Shown: one piece after another, positions 62,401 through 64,000 of the stretch
Layout: each line of letters opens with the position of its first letter
Numbering within the stretch: position 1 is the first letter of the stretch
Assembly (NCBI GenBank): GCA_008632985.1
Contig: QPGO01000094.1
Location: 106,721-170,720, forward strand
Direction of reading: 5' to 3'
From: Psammoneis japonica
Taxonomy: Eukaryota
DNA length: 64,000 bases
Translations under genes and position numbers: made by a program
Notes under the pieces: generated by a model
Databases searched by the model: none
What the model saw: the letters and a program-made list of their open reading frames with translations, nothing else
What the model was told of the DNA's origin: nothing

Positions 62401-64000
62401 GGAGCAGGAGCTTCGACATCGCTTGTAGTTGCCGTAAATACTTCAATGTTTTCACGTATAACACAGAGGGTCTCGCTAAGAGATATTCGATCTTCTGCTT
62501 GAGCCAGCAACAAAAGCGATTGATTTGTGGAGTTGACCTTGGCTGTTTCGTGACTTTCTTTGGAAGGGTGTGCGCCGTCCATGTATGAATACATGCCCGT
62601 GCTAGTCATTGATGCCTGACGGAGCAGCTCAATCGGCGTAGGGTCACAAAGGGGTCTGGAGTGGGTGGACGTTGGCACACTTTGAACCACGTTGTGGCAC
62701 ATCTTGTCTGATTCTCCACCGTTTGAATCAAACGTAACTTGACGTTGAACGGATGATTCCAGCGACAAAGAGAATGGAATCCCGCTATTGTTGTACCTTT
62801 CATTTGACAGAGTCGACAATGCACCCACTTCGTCACGAGCTTGAATATCCGACCCTTGAAATGATCCACCCCAATACTCATTTCTATTTTGATAATTGGG
62901 AGATGTTGGCGAAGGATACCATGGCGATGACCCCCACCCTTGGTGCCTGTCAGATTCATGCTGTCGACCGGAGATCCGCATCCGACTACCGACGGAAGGT
63001 TGTGAGCGCGCTGTAGGATAGAAGCTGTGTTCATGGGAACCCATTGATTCATCACGAGGTTTGTTCCAGGAAATGCTTGCTTCTCGATTACCTTCGCGGC
63101 GCTCTGATGTACTTGGATGAGCCCCGTGCTGGTCCCACATCGCTAAATCTTGAGGTGCACCCCCAAAATGGGTTAGATTGTACCGATTCCTCATATCTAG
63201 ATCTCCACGCGTTCCTCTGGGTATCATTGTCTTGTACTCTCGCCTGCTGTCTTCCTTAAGCTTCATTCGCTTTGGTGGAATGAACGCCGGATGAATATGT
63301 TGTGTCTGGTATTCATCTCCCGGCCGACTATGATGCCAAAAGTTACGTTTAAGCTTCTCTGGCCCTTTGTCTTTGGCTTCTTCTCCAACATATGATACTG
63401 GTGGTGCTTCGGCTGGGCTTGGGGGTATCTTAACTGGTTCGTTCCCCGTTGAGCGAGGAATCCATTCACGCCCAGACGCAACATTATGATTCTCGTAGGG
63501 ATGCCAATGATCATCTTGACGGACGGATTCGGCGAGGTGACGGCCATCACCCCTGCTCTCATAGCGATGTTCTACCGCTCTTTCTGGGCGATACGCACGT
63601 GAATTGGTATTCAAATCATCCCTTTCGTCGTCAATGCTAAAAGATGAAGTGACCACAGCTTGCAGCCGTCGCGGTGTGCTGGGTGTAGGCCTAGGATACG
63701 ACGTATCTTGCTTCTGATCAATAGGTGAAGGGTACTTTGACAAGTTTGGATATTCTGAATGCTCCCCCATCGGATAGTAAGATTCAGCAGAGCCGGCATT
63801 TCGACGCTCTGACAGATTTTCCGGCTGCGAGACGCTAGCTCTGTTCGAAGACATGGTTTTTCAACTGATGAAAGGAACGACAAGAAAACAGTAACTAACG
63901 TGTGTTAGTCACGACAACTTGAGTATCTCAAGTTAGCACGACATGAGTCTCCGACCACTTTTTTCTCTCTATGCTAGACAGAAAAAAAATCCCGCAGGTG
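59053..64000 (+). repeat. Tandem segmental repeat, unit 3 (runs off the window)
   Basis: Same junction and gene order; carries more substitutions relative to units 1 and 2. Confidence 0.97.
60810..63854 (-). CDS. Copy 3 of the 1014-aa triple CxHC-domain gene, intact
   Basis: Full ORF with about a dozen amino-acid differences from copy 1, e.g. RPER/RSER, QDLA/QDFA, TRQY/TRHY. Confidence 0.9.
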   Translation of the reverse strand: MSSNRASVSQPENLSERRNAGSAESYYPMGEHSEYPNLSKYPSPIDQKQDTSYPRPTPSTPRRLQAVVTSSFSIDDERDDLNTNSRAYRPERAVEHRYESRGDGRHLAESVRQDDHWHPYENHNVASGREWIPRSTGNEPVKIPPSPAEAPPVSYVGEEAKDKGPEKLKRNFWHHSRPGDEYQTQHIHPAFIPPKRMKLKEDSRREYKTMIPRGTRGDLDMRNRYNLTHFGGAPQDLAMWDQHGAHPSTSERREGNREASISWNKPRDESMGSHEHSFYPTARSQPSVGSRMRISGRQHESDRHQGWGSSPWYPSPTSPNYQNRNEYWGGSFQGSDIQARDEVGALSTLSNERYNNSGIPFSLSLESSVQRQVTFDSNGGESDKMCHNVVQSVPTSTHSRPLCDPTPIELLRQASMTSTGMYSYMDGAHPSKESHETAKVNSTNQSLLLLAQAEDRISLSETLCVIRENIEVFTATTSDVEAPAPGRKHPVVVGQVGLRCIHCRHTERTSDRVKRAVCYPSSIKRIYRTVIDMKLDHFQHCRFVPSSLKEHLEELKAVKTRSTGTTMQYFVKSATKMGMIDGPSGVRFKAGEEPTVARPLANSTSKISPSSSSDGSSSSPQKMVRGNDDTASKEEKEKSSEGNAMDMSPQALHSILSALSSDSSSYAPSAQDEGSTTTDFTGKIKLSLSEDKMALSPLRCFLRENVCAFSATEEDIAVRTPTTFSVVLGQVGIGCIHCHSLPAKERSNRAVCFPFSISRIYQSVADIQRFHLGECKMVPQDIRQRFLSLQSASTKGSKGLATRQYWITSAKKIGLVDTDKGIRFSRDPSTPTAPAVSLDILAQVASDVTSVSQPIVLPEDRNCIADFLYVVMEQLQPCRFTEADRNKRRLKDVGCIGVECKHCAGQVESRKFFWSSVNAVESNFVSVHTHVMSCEFAPPALKTNLAELKKLRKEQTNRLKTGSQKAFFARVWKRLHGEDNKAVTAEDSNRNQDESASVPEVVDSAVNETSLYAV

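Overview
Eukaryotic nuclear DNA, most likely from a diatom (inferred from short GT-AG introns, bipartite-type plastid presequences and a QVDD-type Ty1/copia). It contains a plastid MGDG synthase, a PPR/TPR-like gene, an Mpv17/PMP22 gene, and a ~16-kb tandem array: unit 1 20194-36179, unit 2 36180-59052, unit 3 from 59053 past the window end. Each complete unit carries a 1014-aa triple CxHC-domain gene, a block of transposon relics and a ~1165-aa gene with a SUMO-like domain. Unit 2 holds a full copia element at the site where unit 1 has only a solo LTR. The strongest signal is a domain-restricted mutational signature. In transposon-derived blocks (1-~14330, ~25350-30700, ~41330-46680 and the copia interior) TpA is almost absent and appears converted to TpG/CpA, the mirror image of fungal RIP. 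A 79-bp paralog pair inside the window shows all 11 TpA converted. Reverting the signature reveals a dead R-S-E ADP-ribosyltransferase gene at ~12950-13460. All alignments and counts were done by eye.
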